A program made the position numbers and the translations under genes. A stretch of 64,000 bases of DNA, taken from the NCBI GenBank assembly GCA_031289755.1, contig JAITOU010000027.1, forward strand, positions 5,643-69,642, written 5' to 3'. Within the stretch, counting starts at the first letter, position 1. Each line of letters starts with the position of its first letter. A model generated the notes under the pieces. The model was not told where the DNA came from and did not search any database. It worked only from the letters and a program-made list of their open reading frames with translations. Below are positions 18,653 through 26,610 of the stretch, piece after piece. The DNA comes from Clostridiales bacterium (GTDB lineage Bacteria; Bacillota; Clostridia; Christensenellales; JAISNN01).

Positions 18653-20215
18653 ATGAAATTCGGATATAACGATACGGTAAAAAAACTGACAAAACGCATT
18701 TGGGTCAGTTTGATTTTGTTCGGACTCTTCGGGCAACTTGCTTGGGCGGTCGAGAATATGTATTTTAACCTATTTATCTACAACACCGTCGCCAAAAGCA
18801 CACGCGCCGTGACCGTCATGGTTCAGGCGAGCGGCATTGTCGGCACGGTCACCGCGCTCATTATGGGTACGGTATCGGACCGTATCGGCAACCGAAAGGC
18901 TATGCTGTCGCTGGGGTATATTTTTTGGGGCATTTCGACGCTTGCTTTTGCTTTTATCAATACCGAAAACATACAAAATATCTTTAACATCGACCCTGCG
19001 GCATCGTCGGGGCTTTTTGGCTTGTCGGGCAACGGCGCGACGCTTACGGTGGCGGTTACGCTCATAGCTATCATTGTTATGGATTGCGTCATGACGTTTT
19101 TCGGTTCGACGGCAAACGACGCGGCGTATAATACATGGGTCACCGACAATGTGGACGGCAAAAACCGTTCAAAGGTTGAGAGCGTGCTTTCGACATTTCC
19201 TTTGGTAGCTCTCTTAATCGTTGCAGGCGGCTTCGGGTTGCTGCTCGGTGAGAACAATAACTATCCGCGAATGTTTTATATATTGGGCGGTACGGTCACG
19301 GCTTGCGGCGTGGCGGGGCTGTTTTTTGTCAAGGACAGAAAGGGGCTGTCACCCGAAAAGCTCGAAAAGCTTTGGAAAAATTTGGCTTACGGCTTTTTGC
19401 CGTCTACCGTGAAGCGGTATAAGCCCTTTTATATCGTCTTGCTTGCATGGTTATTGATATCGATTGCGGCGCAGATTTTTATGCCGTATTTGGTCATATA
19501 TCTGGAACAGTATCTAAAATTTACCGTCATAGAATACAGCATAATTTTAGGCTCTATGGTCTTGTCCGCCGCAATAGTGATTGTCATTCTGGGACGCGTC
19601 ACCGAAAAAATCGGACGGTTTAGAATGCTGTTGATAGGGTGTGCCGCCTATACCGTCGGATTGTTCAGCATATATTTTGTGCATGACGTCGGCAAAACCG
19701 CGCTCATGGTGACGCTTGCGGGTACGGGCTTTGTCATGCTAATCGGAATGCTTCTTGTGACGACGACGCTCGGCGCGTATTTGAGAGATTTTACGCCCGT
19801 AGATTCGGCAGGCAAGCTGCAAGGCGCGCGCATGGTCGCGCAGGTCCTTATACCGATGTTTACCGGTCCCGCTATCGGCGATGCAATCAATCAAGCTATG
19901 GCGCGAAAAAATCCCGACCTTACATATATCGACATTACAACGGAGATGACGGCGAATATTCCCGCGCCGGAGATTTTTTTGGTCGGGTCACTCGTTTTGC
20001 TGACAATCCTTTTGCCGATTTTTCTTTTGCGGCGAGAGCAAAAGAAACACGGTCTTGTCATGCAATGGCAGCCGTCAGGCTGTGCCGAGCCGACTCTCGG
20101 TATCGGTCGGGAGCTTCAAAAAAGCGACGGCGCGGATTGCGCCGATAATAGTCAAACCGACGGTACGCAGACGCCTTTAAACGATACGGAAGCGACCGCC
20201 GAAAAAAAAGTATAA
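18653..20215 (+). CDS. MFS/GPH-type transporter
   Basis: About 12 hydrophobic helices. GTVSDRIGNRK loop motif. ATG at 18653 is preceded by GGGAGA (the ORF track starts at 18626). Confidence 0.8.
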   Translation: MKFGYNDTVKKLTKRIWVSLILFGLFGQLAWAVENMYFNLFIYNTVAKSTRAVTVMVQASGIVGTVTALIMGTVSDRIGNRKAMLSLGYIFWGISTLAFAFINTENIQNIFNIDPAASSGLFGLSGNGATLTVAVTLIAIIVMDCVMTFFGSTANDAAYNTWVTDNVDGKNRSKVESVLSTFPLVALLIVAGGFGLLLGENNNYPRMFYILGGTVTACGVAGLFFVKDRKGLSPEKLEKLWKNLAYGFLPSTVKRYKPFYIVLLAWLLISIAAQIFMPYLVIYLEQYLKFTVIEYSIILGSMVLSAAIVIVILGRVTEKIGRFRMLLIGCAAYTVGLFSIYFVHDVGKTALMVTLAGTGFVMLIGMLLVTTTLGAYLRDFTPVDSAGKLQGARMVAQVLIPMFTGPAIGDAINQAMARKNPDLTYIDITTEMTANIPAPEIFLVGSLVLLTILLPIFLLRREQKKHGLVMQWQPSGCAEPTLGIGRELQKSDGADCADNSQTDGTQTPLNDTEATAEKKV

Positions 20216-20605
20216 GGAAAAAAATATGAGCTTACAGCATGAAATCACAGAAAATAAAAATTGTTTTTTGCCAAAGTACGAAAGAAAATAAGAAAATGCA
20301 ATTTAATATCCGTAAAACAATTGACAAATAGCAAATTTTATAATAAACTATAAAAAGAATAAAGACACAAAAGAGTTATTTATGAAAAATGTAAAAAACA
20401 CGGCAATAATCAAAGAAAAATACGAAGGAAAACGCGATATAATATCAGCTATATCGGGGGGGGTACACCTATTATATAGCCGTATTTTATAATGCGCTAA
20501 AACAATTTAATATATTATCAAAAAATCAAAACAATTCCGGTTTTTCACTTAGGTGAGATAACGGAGTTGTTTTTTTGTTATAAAAAAAATGCGGAGGACA
20601 AAAAG

Positions 20606-21634
20606 ATGTGTTTTACACGGCAAAAAAACTTAACCTTCGGCGGCAATACCGAGCATATCGCTTGGGTATATGACGCGAGCGGCGACAGACGCTTATCGGT
20701 TTTTGCGGAAAGTCCGCATGAGGTATTGTGCGTCAAGGACGGCGCGTTCTGCGAAACGTACCGCAATCAAAAGGCGGTGCTTAGTAACAAGCGAAAGGAC
20801 GGACTGCTAAAGCTGTATTTTGTCAACGTCAAGCTGCCTATGAGCGACACTTGGGGTACGCAGGAAAGGTACGAATACAAGGACGCAAAAACGGGACGCA
20901 TAATCGGCATAGGCTGCCGCGGCAGTTATGCCTTTCATATCTGCGACAGCAAAAGCTTTATCGAAAAGATTTTCGGCATACAAAAGCTCATGACAAAAAC
21001 CGAGCTTTCAAGCATAATGAAATCCAAGCTGATGGACGAAATGAGCGACCATTTTGTGTCGGCTCTCGTCAACGAAAATATTTCTTATGAAGAATTAGAC
21101 TTATCCCGGAAGACGATTGCCAAAAGCTTTCTTCCGATTTTAAATACGTCTTTTGAAAAATACGGTATACACGTCGAGGAATTTATCATCGAAGGCTTTG
21201 ACAAGCCGGAAATATTGAGAGACAGGAGCAATAAAAACGTTGACAAGGCGGAGGATTTTGAGGATATCACGACGGACAACGAGCGAAAATCCGAGCTTCT
21301 CAAGCAATACGCAGGACTCGAAAAGCAACAAATGGAGCTTTCGGAGACGAGAGCGACGCATTCTGGAAACTTAAAGCGGATTCAAGCCGCCGCCGATAAA
21401 GACGTAGAAAAGACGGGCTATGAAGCTAAGGAGATGACTTACAAAGAGCTAAGAGAGCAGGACAGAGAGGACATCGGCAATATTGCCGCCGCCGAAGCAA
21501 AGGTGAGAGAAGCGACAAAAATTCCGGAAGTGACGGTGATAGCAAACGCCGCACAAGACGGCAAATGTCCGCATTGTGGGGGAGCGGTTACGGCAAATCA
21601 GATTTTTTGCCCGACGTGCAGAAGAAAGTTGTAA
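20606..21634 (+). CDS. SPFH-like (COG4260/YdjI 'virion-core-like') protein with a C-terminal zinc ribbon
   Basis: ATG at 20606 has GGAGGA 7 nt upstream. A globular N-terminal ~200 aa is followed by a charged coiled-coil segment. The terminus is CPHCG-x10-CPTC. Family assignment is by recollection of the YdjI architecture. Confidence 0.7.
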   Translation: MCFTRQKNLTFGGNTEHIAWVYDASGDRRLSVFAESPHEVLCVKDGAFCETYRNQKAVLSNKRKDGLLKLYFVNVKLPMSDTWGTQERYEYKDAKTGRIIGIGCRGSYAFHICDSKSFIEKIFGIQKLMTKTELSSIMKSKLMDEMSDHFVSALVNENISYEELDLSRKTIAKSFLPILNTSFEKYGIHVEEFIIEGFDKPEILRDRSNKNVDKAEDFEDITTDNERKSELLKQYAGLEKQQMELSETRATHSGNLKRIQAAADKDVEKTGYEAKEMTYKELREQDREDIGNIAAAEAKVREATKIPEVTVIANAAQDGKCPHCGGAVTANQIFCPTCRRKL

Positions 21635-21663
21635 TAAAAAATAATATATAGGGAGCAAAAAAA

Positions 21664-23748
21664 ATGGATACAATAAAGGTCAAATGTACTACGTGCGGTG
21701 CGCAGTTGTCGCTGTCGGAGTCGGGCAAGACGGCAGAGTGTCCGTATTGCCACAATTTCTATGTGGTGGAGACCGCCGAAAAGCTCAATCACGTCGCGGA
21801 CGAAAAGACGGGCAAGCTCAAAAACCTGAAAAAGCAATTAGACGGAGCGGTCGGCGTCAACGACGTACGGAATATGTCAAAGCACGCTTCGGCGATTCTC
21901 GGCATAAATCCGTCGGACTATACGGCGGTATATTACCATGCCTACGCGGAGCGCGCGCTCGGCAAGAGCGCGTATCTCTATGACTTCTACGCAGCCGCGC
22001 CTTTGGCTCATACGGAGAACGAGCTGCAAGAGATAATCGGGCATATCAATCTTTACAGCGATTTGAGAGAGCGGTCGAGAGTAGAGACTTTTTTGATGTC
22101 GCTCGGCGATATCGACAAGGAGCGCACGATAACCGAATACCGCCGCGAGTTTAAAAGGCGTGAGACGTTGGAGCAGCTTTATGACGATATTCCGCGCGAC
22201 GTCTTTGTCTGTCACAGCAGCAATAATAAGAGCGACGCGGAAGACGCGGTATCGGCTTTGGAGAACGACGACAATATTTGCTGGATTTCCACAAGGAACT
22301 TGCGCCCGAACGATTCGGAAAACTATTGGTCGGATATCCGAAAGGCGATAAGGTCCTGCGGAATATTTTTGGTCGTTTCGGGAGCCGATGCTATGATCTC
22401 AAAGGACGTCAAGCAAGAAATCGAGCTTGCGCGAGAGCTTGGCAAGCCGCGCTTAGAATTTAAAATCGACGGCACGCCGCACACGCCGAAATTCAAGGAT
22501 TTTTTTGACGGTATAAAGTGGGTGGATGCTATCGGCGGACAGCGGTCGGTCGCGCTTCTCGAGCTTTGCAGGCGGGTATACGACGAAAAAGAAAAGCTCT
22601 TGAATAAGGACAAGAAGCCGAACGAAATAGAAGAAATCAAACGGCTGATACAAGAGCAAAAGACCGTCGCGCCGGTTGTCAAGCATACGGAGTATGCCGC
22701 GTCTTACGCTATGAACGAAGAGGCACTTTTAAAGAAAGCAAAGCTGCAAATCGAAGAGGGGGATTTTGCCGGCGCAAAAATAACCTGCGATAAGATAAGC
22801 GATATCAACATAGAATGCGCCGAGTTGTGGATAGATTATCTTTTGATTGAATACGAAAAGAAAAATCTCAGCCTATTTAAGACTTTCGATTTTATCTATG
22901 ATTATGAATCAAATTATGCGATATGGAATGAGAGAGAATATAAAAATGCGATAAAGTTTGCAAACGCCGCCCAAAAAGAAGAGCTTGAAAGTGTAGCGGA
23001 AGAGATAAGAACTAGAAAAAAAATTGCGGAAAATGTAGCCCAATACGACAAATTCGAGAAAGTCCTTTATGGAGAAACGGCAATACAAGAAGCTTTTGCT
23101 TATGAACCTGTTTACTCAAAAAAAGTGGACATCGGCAACAAAATAGTTGAATATATCAACGATTTAAAGAAAGTGTCTAGTTTCGAGTCATATTCCACCG
23201 ATTTAATTGATGATGCCGAAGGATTTAAAAATAGTCTAATAGATAAATATAGTGACCGAGATGAATGGGAAAGCCAGGCATGCAATATGGAAGGTAAAGG
23301 TACAAAATCAGAGAAATTTAAAAGAATAGAAGAATTTTACACTCAAAGAATTAAATTTCTTAACTTATGGTTTCATAACGGCAAAATTCTTTTAAATCCG
23401 AGAGAAGCAATGGACGAAATATTGGAAGAGGTAAGACTTGAGAATGAAAGCAGCGAAGAAGAGGAAAGAAGAGAAAGAAGAGCGTACTTAAAAAAACGTA
23501 AAAAAAGAGGTTTATTATATTGTATCCCATGGTTTATTTCTCTAATAGCAACAATTATAGCTCCTATATATGGTATGTTACTGGCTGCACTTAGTGTCTT
23601 CGCTTCCATTCCTTTATTTATCGTTGCAACGGTATACAGACATAATCAACTATGGGACGGAAAGAAAAATCCGAGAAGAATGCATATATGGATAATAAAT
23701 ATCGTTTTGGTTGTTACAACTATATTATTGCTATCACCTTATGCATAG
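21664..23748 (+). CDS. zinc-ribbon / TIR-domain / helical-repeat protein with C-terminal transmembrane helices
   Basis: 694 aa. N-terminal ribbon is CTTCG-x14-CPYC. The TIR-like core is DVFVCHSS...DAEDAVSALE...ICWISTRNLRPN...IRSCGIFLVVSG...SKDVKQEIELA. The C-terminus has a KKRKKR patch plus 2-3 hydrophobic helices. Confidence 0.8.
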   Translation: MDTIKVKCTTCGAQLSLSESGKTAECPYCHNFYVVETAEKLNHVADEKTGKLKNLKKQLDGAVGVNDVRNMSKHASAILGINPSDYTAVYYHAYAERALGKSAYLYDFYAAAPLAHTENELQEIIGHINLYSDLRERSRVETFLMSLGDIDKERTITEYRREFKRRETLEQLYDDIPRDVFVCHSSNNKSDAEDAVSALENDDNICWISTRNLRPNDSENYWSDIRKAIRSCGIFLVVSGADAMISKDVKQEIELARELGKPRLEFKIDGTPHTPKFKDFFDGIKWVDAIGGQRSVALLELCRRVYDEKEKLLNKDKKPNEIEEIKRLIQEQKTVAPVVKHTEYAASYAMNEEALLKKAKLQIEEGDFAGAKITCDKISDINIECAELWIDYLLIEYEKKNLSLFKTFDFIYDYESNYAIWNEREYKNAIKFANAAQKEELESVAEEIRTRKKIAENVAQYDKFEKVLYGETAIQEAFAYEPVYSKKVDIGNKIVEYINDLKKVSSFESYSTDLIDDAEGFKNSLIDKYSDRDEWESQACNMEGKGTKSEKFKRIEEFYTQRIKFLNLWFHNGKILLNPREAMDEILEEVRLENESSEEEERRERRAYLKKRKKRGLLYCIPWFISLIATIIAPIYGMLLAALSVFASIPLFIVATVYRHNQLWDGKKNPRRMHIWIINIVLVVTTILLLSPYA

Positions 23749-23832
23749 GATATTACCGCTAAATACATCACCCCGATAAAATTTAAGCGCAATTCAAGAA
23801 AAATTATAAAAAATAAATGTTTTGAAAAACAC

Positions 23833-23861
23833 TTGACACAGTTTGGAAAATATGATATATT
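23833..23861 (+). promoter_or_regulatory. sigma-A-type promoter with extended -10
   Basis: ttgaca at 23833-23838, a 17-nt spacer ending in tga, and tatatt at 23856-23861. Confidence 0.55.
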
Positions 23862-23974
23862 ATGTACGGATAAAATAATTTGCCTTATATCTCTATAAAA
23901 GATTTAATCTCTTAAAAAAGACCAATAAGAAAACAATTAAAAAATCCGAAAATTTTAAGGGAGGGAGAGATATC

Positions 23975-24169
23975 ATGGCAGATAAAACTTTGAAGTGCAA
24001 AGATTGCGGCGCAGATTTCGTTTTTACGGAAAGCGAGCAGGCTTTTTACAAAGAAAAAGGCTTTGAGAACGAGCCGCAAAGATGCGTTCCTTGCAGAAAA
24101 GCAAAGAAAGCTCAGCGTAACGGCGGCGGCGGCGGATACGGTTCTTACGGCAACGACAGACGCAGATAG
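23975..24169 (+). CDS. small zinc-ribbon protein (CxxC...CxxC, zf-trcl-like) with a Gly-rich tail
   Basis: LKCKDCGADFVFTESEQAFYKEKGFENEPQRCVPCRKAKK followed by NGGGGGYGSYGNDRRR. GGGAGGGAGA lies upstream. Confidence 0.7.
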   Translation: MADKTLKCKDCGADFVFTESEQAFYKEKGFENEPQRCVPCRKAKKAQRNGGGGGYGSYGNDRRR

Positions 24170-24204
24170 TTTTTTTTTAAACAATCTGTCTATCGATGAC
24201 ATCT

Positions 24205-24234
24205 AAAAACATGCTGAACAGGCATGTTTTTTTA
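24205..24234 (+). terminator. intrinsic terminator
   Basis: Hairpin aacatgc-tgaacag-gcatgtt followed by a T-run. Confidence 0.65.
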
Positions 24235-24271
24235 TTTGTTTCGGCTTTATATGCCCGAAAGTCGGATATAC

Positions 24272-24300
24272 TTGACAAAAAGCGGTATTGTGGTTATAAT
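24272..24300 (+). promoter_or_regulatory. sigma-A-type promoter (TTGACA-N17-TATAAT)
   Basis: ttgaca at 24272-24277 and tataat at 24295-24300. The -10 hexamer is the start of the first 16-bp repeat unit. Confidence 0.6.
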
Positions 24301-24390
24301 AAACTTATCAGATAATAAACTTGTCAGATAATAAACTTGTTAGATAATAAACTTGTTAGATAATAGACTTGTTAGATAATAGACTTCTTG
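24295..24390. repeat. 16-bp tandem repeat x6 ending in a solo family-1 element terminus
   Basis: Units are tataataaacttatca, gataataaacttgtca, gataataaacttgtta (x2), gataatagacttgtta and gataatagacttcttg. The last runs into tagacttcttgcaaacctaacttcgcaatctaag (to ~24415), which matches the family-1 end. Confidence 0.85.
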
Positions 24391-24443
24391 CAAACCTAAC
24401 TTCGCAATCTAAGTCAAAAAAATAAAAGGATAAAGGGACGTAT

Positions 24444-25610
24444 ATGTATAAAAAATACGATATCGAAACCGGAACATGGTCGGCAAGCGCGCTTGTCATG
24501 ATAGTTGTCGGGGGCTTTCTTTTCTCGATGGTTTTGATTGTCTTGCATTGGCTTGTATGGCTTATCTCTTTTGCATTGCTCATCATATTATTGCGCAAGC
24601 AAATCGTATATGTATCCAAAGCCTATACGACCGCAAACAACGGCAGGCTGACCGACGGCAAGGTGACAAAGCTCAACGAACGGCGCAATCCGAACAACCC
24701 AAACGGTCCGAGAAAATACAAAATATCCTTTGAATATTATATCGACGGCGGCAAAAAATCTAAGGCGGGAACGACCGAATGGCTGCCCTTTACGGCGGTC
24801 GGCTGCGCGTATTTTGTAGGCAAAAAGATAAAGGTGGTATATACGGCTACCGACTCGGTTATTATCAAAAAAATATATGACAAAGCCGGTCTTTGCATAT
24901 ATCCCGACACGGCGGCAACGACCGCCGCGCCTTTGATAAGCACGGCTTTAAATAATCCGAAGCCTGCCCCTAAGCCCGACGGCAAGGCGGTACTCATAGG
25001 CGCGGAAGGCGTAGGAATCAAAAAGACCGCAACGGGCAAGATAGCGGAGGATTGGGATTACTTGGCGGCGTTGCCGGGACTTATGGACGAGCATGAAACG
25101 CACAGAAAAATTGTCGGCGACCTTCCCGAAATGGAATTTGGAAACAGCGGAGTAGGCGGAGTGGCATTGCCGCCGCCCGACTTCGGAACGCCCGTGTCCG
25201 ACGCTTCGTCGGTGCGCGATTATGTCAAGCCCGATTATTTGAAGCCTTTGAGCTATGTAAGTCCGGCAGGAGCAGGCACTTCCGCCGACCTGCGCTACGG
25301 TAAGCCGGTTTATTCCAAGCCTTCGGGCTACGGCTCTTTTGTAGAACAGAAGCCTGCGCCGTCTTTGCAGGCGCAGAGTGTAGCCGCGCCGAAAGCTGCG
25401 CCGACGGTCAAGACCGCTTCGGTAAAAATATCCGCGATAAAGGACAAATACGCCACGGTGGAATTGCTGTCCGTCGAGCTTGGTATGTCCAAGTACGACG
25501 TGAGAGAAAAAATCGAATTGTCGCCGACACCGATATTCGCCGTCAAGGACGCGGCGGCCTTGTCTCAAAAGCTGTCATATATCGGAACAAAATCCGAGAT
25601 TGTAAATTAG
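24444..25610 (+). CDS. hypothetical membrane-anchored protein; the C-terminal ~60 aa resembles the ribosomal L7/L12 C-terminal fold
   Basis: 388 aa. Two N-terminal TM helices are followed by a small beta-rich module (KVTKLNERRNP...KYKISFEYYIDG...KIKVVY), then a long Pro/Ala-rich linker. The terminus is ATVELLSVELGMSKYDVREKIELSPTPIFAVKDAAALSQKLSYIGTKSEIV. Confidence 0.55.
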   Translation: MYKKYDIETGTWSASALVMIVVGGFLFSMVLIVLHWLVWLISFALLIILLRKQIVYVSKAYTTANNGRLTDGKVTKLNERRNPNNPNGPRKYKISFEYYIDGGKKSKAGTTEWLPFTAVGCAYFVGKKIKVVYTATDSVIIKKIYDKAGLCIYPDTAATTAAPLISTALNNPKPAPKPDGKAVLIGAEGVGIKKTATGKIAEDWDYLAALPGLMDEHETHRKIVGDLPEMEFGNSGVGGVALPPPDFGTPVSDASSVRDYVKPDYLKPLSYVSPAGAGTSADLRYGKPVYSKPSGYGSFVEQKPAPSLQAQSVAAPKAAPTVKTASVKISAIKDKYATVELLSVELGMSKYDVREKIELSPTPIFAVKDAAALSQKLSYIGTKSEIVN

Positions 25611-25774
25611 GTATCGCAAGGGCATTTATGCGTTTTGCAATGAACGTAAATTAGATGACAAAAAAACGTAATTATGGTATAATACCCGAACCGTACGATT
25701 GCAAAAATAAAAATGTATCGGCTTTAAAAGACGTCCAAAGCAAAAAGGGGAGAGCCGCAGCGGCTCCGTAATCA

Positions 25775-26224
25775 ATGGAGAAAACTATTTCCGTAAACAA
25801 AAAAGCCTATCATGAATATTTTGTCGAAGAGACCTTCGAGGCGGGCGTAATACTCGCCGGCAGCGAGGTCAAGTCCGTGCGTCAGGGCAACGTCAATATG
25901 AGAGATAGCTTTGTCTATATAAGGGGAACGAACGTGCGTCTGATAAATATGCACATCGCGCCTTATGACAAGGGGAGTTTTTTTAATCCCGATGCCAAGC
26001 GTGAACGCATCTTGCTTTTGAACAAAAAGGAAATCAATAAGCTTAGGAGCAAAGCCGACCAAAAGGGCTACACTATAATCCCTTTAAAAATGTATTTTAA
26101 AGACGCTCTTGTCAAGGTTGAGATAGGACTTTGCAAGGGCAAAGAATTGCACGACAAGAGAAAAACCCTAAAAGAAAGAGATATAAAGCGCGACACCGAC
26201 AGACAAATTTCATTTTTGAAATAG
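25775..26224 (+). CDS. smpB: SsrA-binding protein SmpB
   Basis: NKKAYHEYFVEETFEAGVILAGSEVKSVR...LINMHIAPY...RERILLLNKKEI matches SmpB along its full length. Confidence 0.95.
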   Translation: MEKTISVNKKAYHEYFVEETFEAGVILAGSEVKSVRQGNVNMRDSFVYIRGTNVRLINMHIAPYDKGSFFNPDAKRERILLLNKKEINKLRSKADQKGYTIIPLKMYFKDALVKVEIGLCKGKELHDKRKTLKERDIKRDTDRQISFLK

Positions 26225-26319
26225 ACAAAGCGGTGCTTGCAGGCGATATGTTTTACCGTTTTTTATCAGGCGGTTCTCTCGTTTTACCGTTCAAAACCTG
26301 CCATTAGGCTAAAAAATAT

Positions 26320-26588
26320 TAGACTTGTATCATACTTAGACGGTGGCGGATTTTTGGGTTAGACGAGGCGCATTTGACGGCGTGTAGCGTAAGCTGCATT
26401 AGACTTCTTGCAAAACTAAATTTGTATAGATAAGGTATAGATTTTTGTGTATGCAGCACTTTGCAAAACAGGCGCATAGCCTTAGATATGCGAAGTTAGT
26501 TTTGCAAGAAGTCTATTAGGAAAATACAACGATGTATAAGCCTAAAAGGCGAAATAGATGCCGCCGTCTAAGTTAGGATAAAAGTCTA
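26320..26588. repeat. family-2 MITE-like element (copy D) interrupted by a nested family-1 element
   Basis: Termini are ta|gacttgtatcatacttagacggtgg ... ccgccgtctaagttaggataaaagtc|ta. The inner arms (gcggatttttg..gcgcatttgacggcgtgtagcgtaag / ggaaaatacaacg) are colinear with the reverse complement of 16970-17133. Confidence 0.75.
26400..26515. repeat. family-1 MITE-like element (copy B), nested inside copy D
   Basis: ta|gacttcttgcaaaactaaatttgtatagataaggtatagatttttgtgt ... gcgaagttagttttgcaagaagtc|ta. This is the shortest copy at 116 bp. Confidence 0.8.
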
Positions 26589-26610
26589 TTAATTAAAAGG
26601 AGCGAATATT

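Noticed and set aside
20373-20471. 32-codon ORF (MKNVKNTAIIKEKYEGKRDIISAISGGVHLLYSRIL) in the AT-rich spacer before the SPFH gene
   Set aside because: There is no SD, the ORF is below any reasonable size or conservation evidence, and the spacer is AT-rich, where short ORFs arise by chance.
26225-26610. tmRNA (ssrA) expected downstream of smpB
   Set aside because: No GGGG...ACCA acceptor pairing, tag reading frame or T-arm-like sequence is visible. The spacer is fully accounted for by the nested MITE-like elements.
26225-26610. SAM (S-box) riboswitch or T-box upstream of metA
   Set aside because: No S-box core (e.g. YTTATCAAGAG...GGC...AACC) and no T-box specifier or T-box sequence is recognisable. 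The region is repeat-derived.
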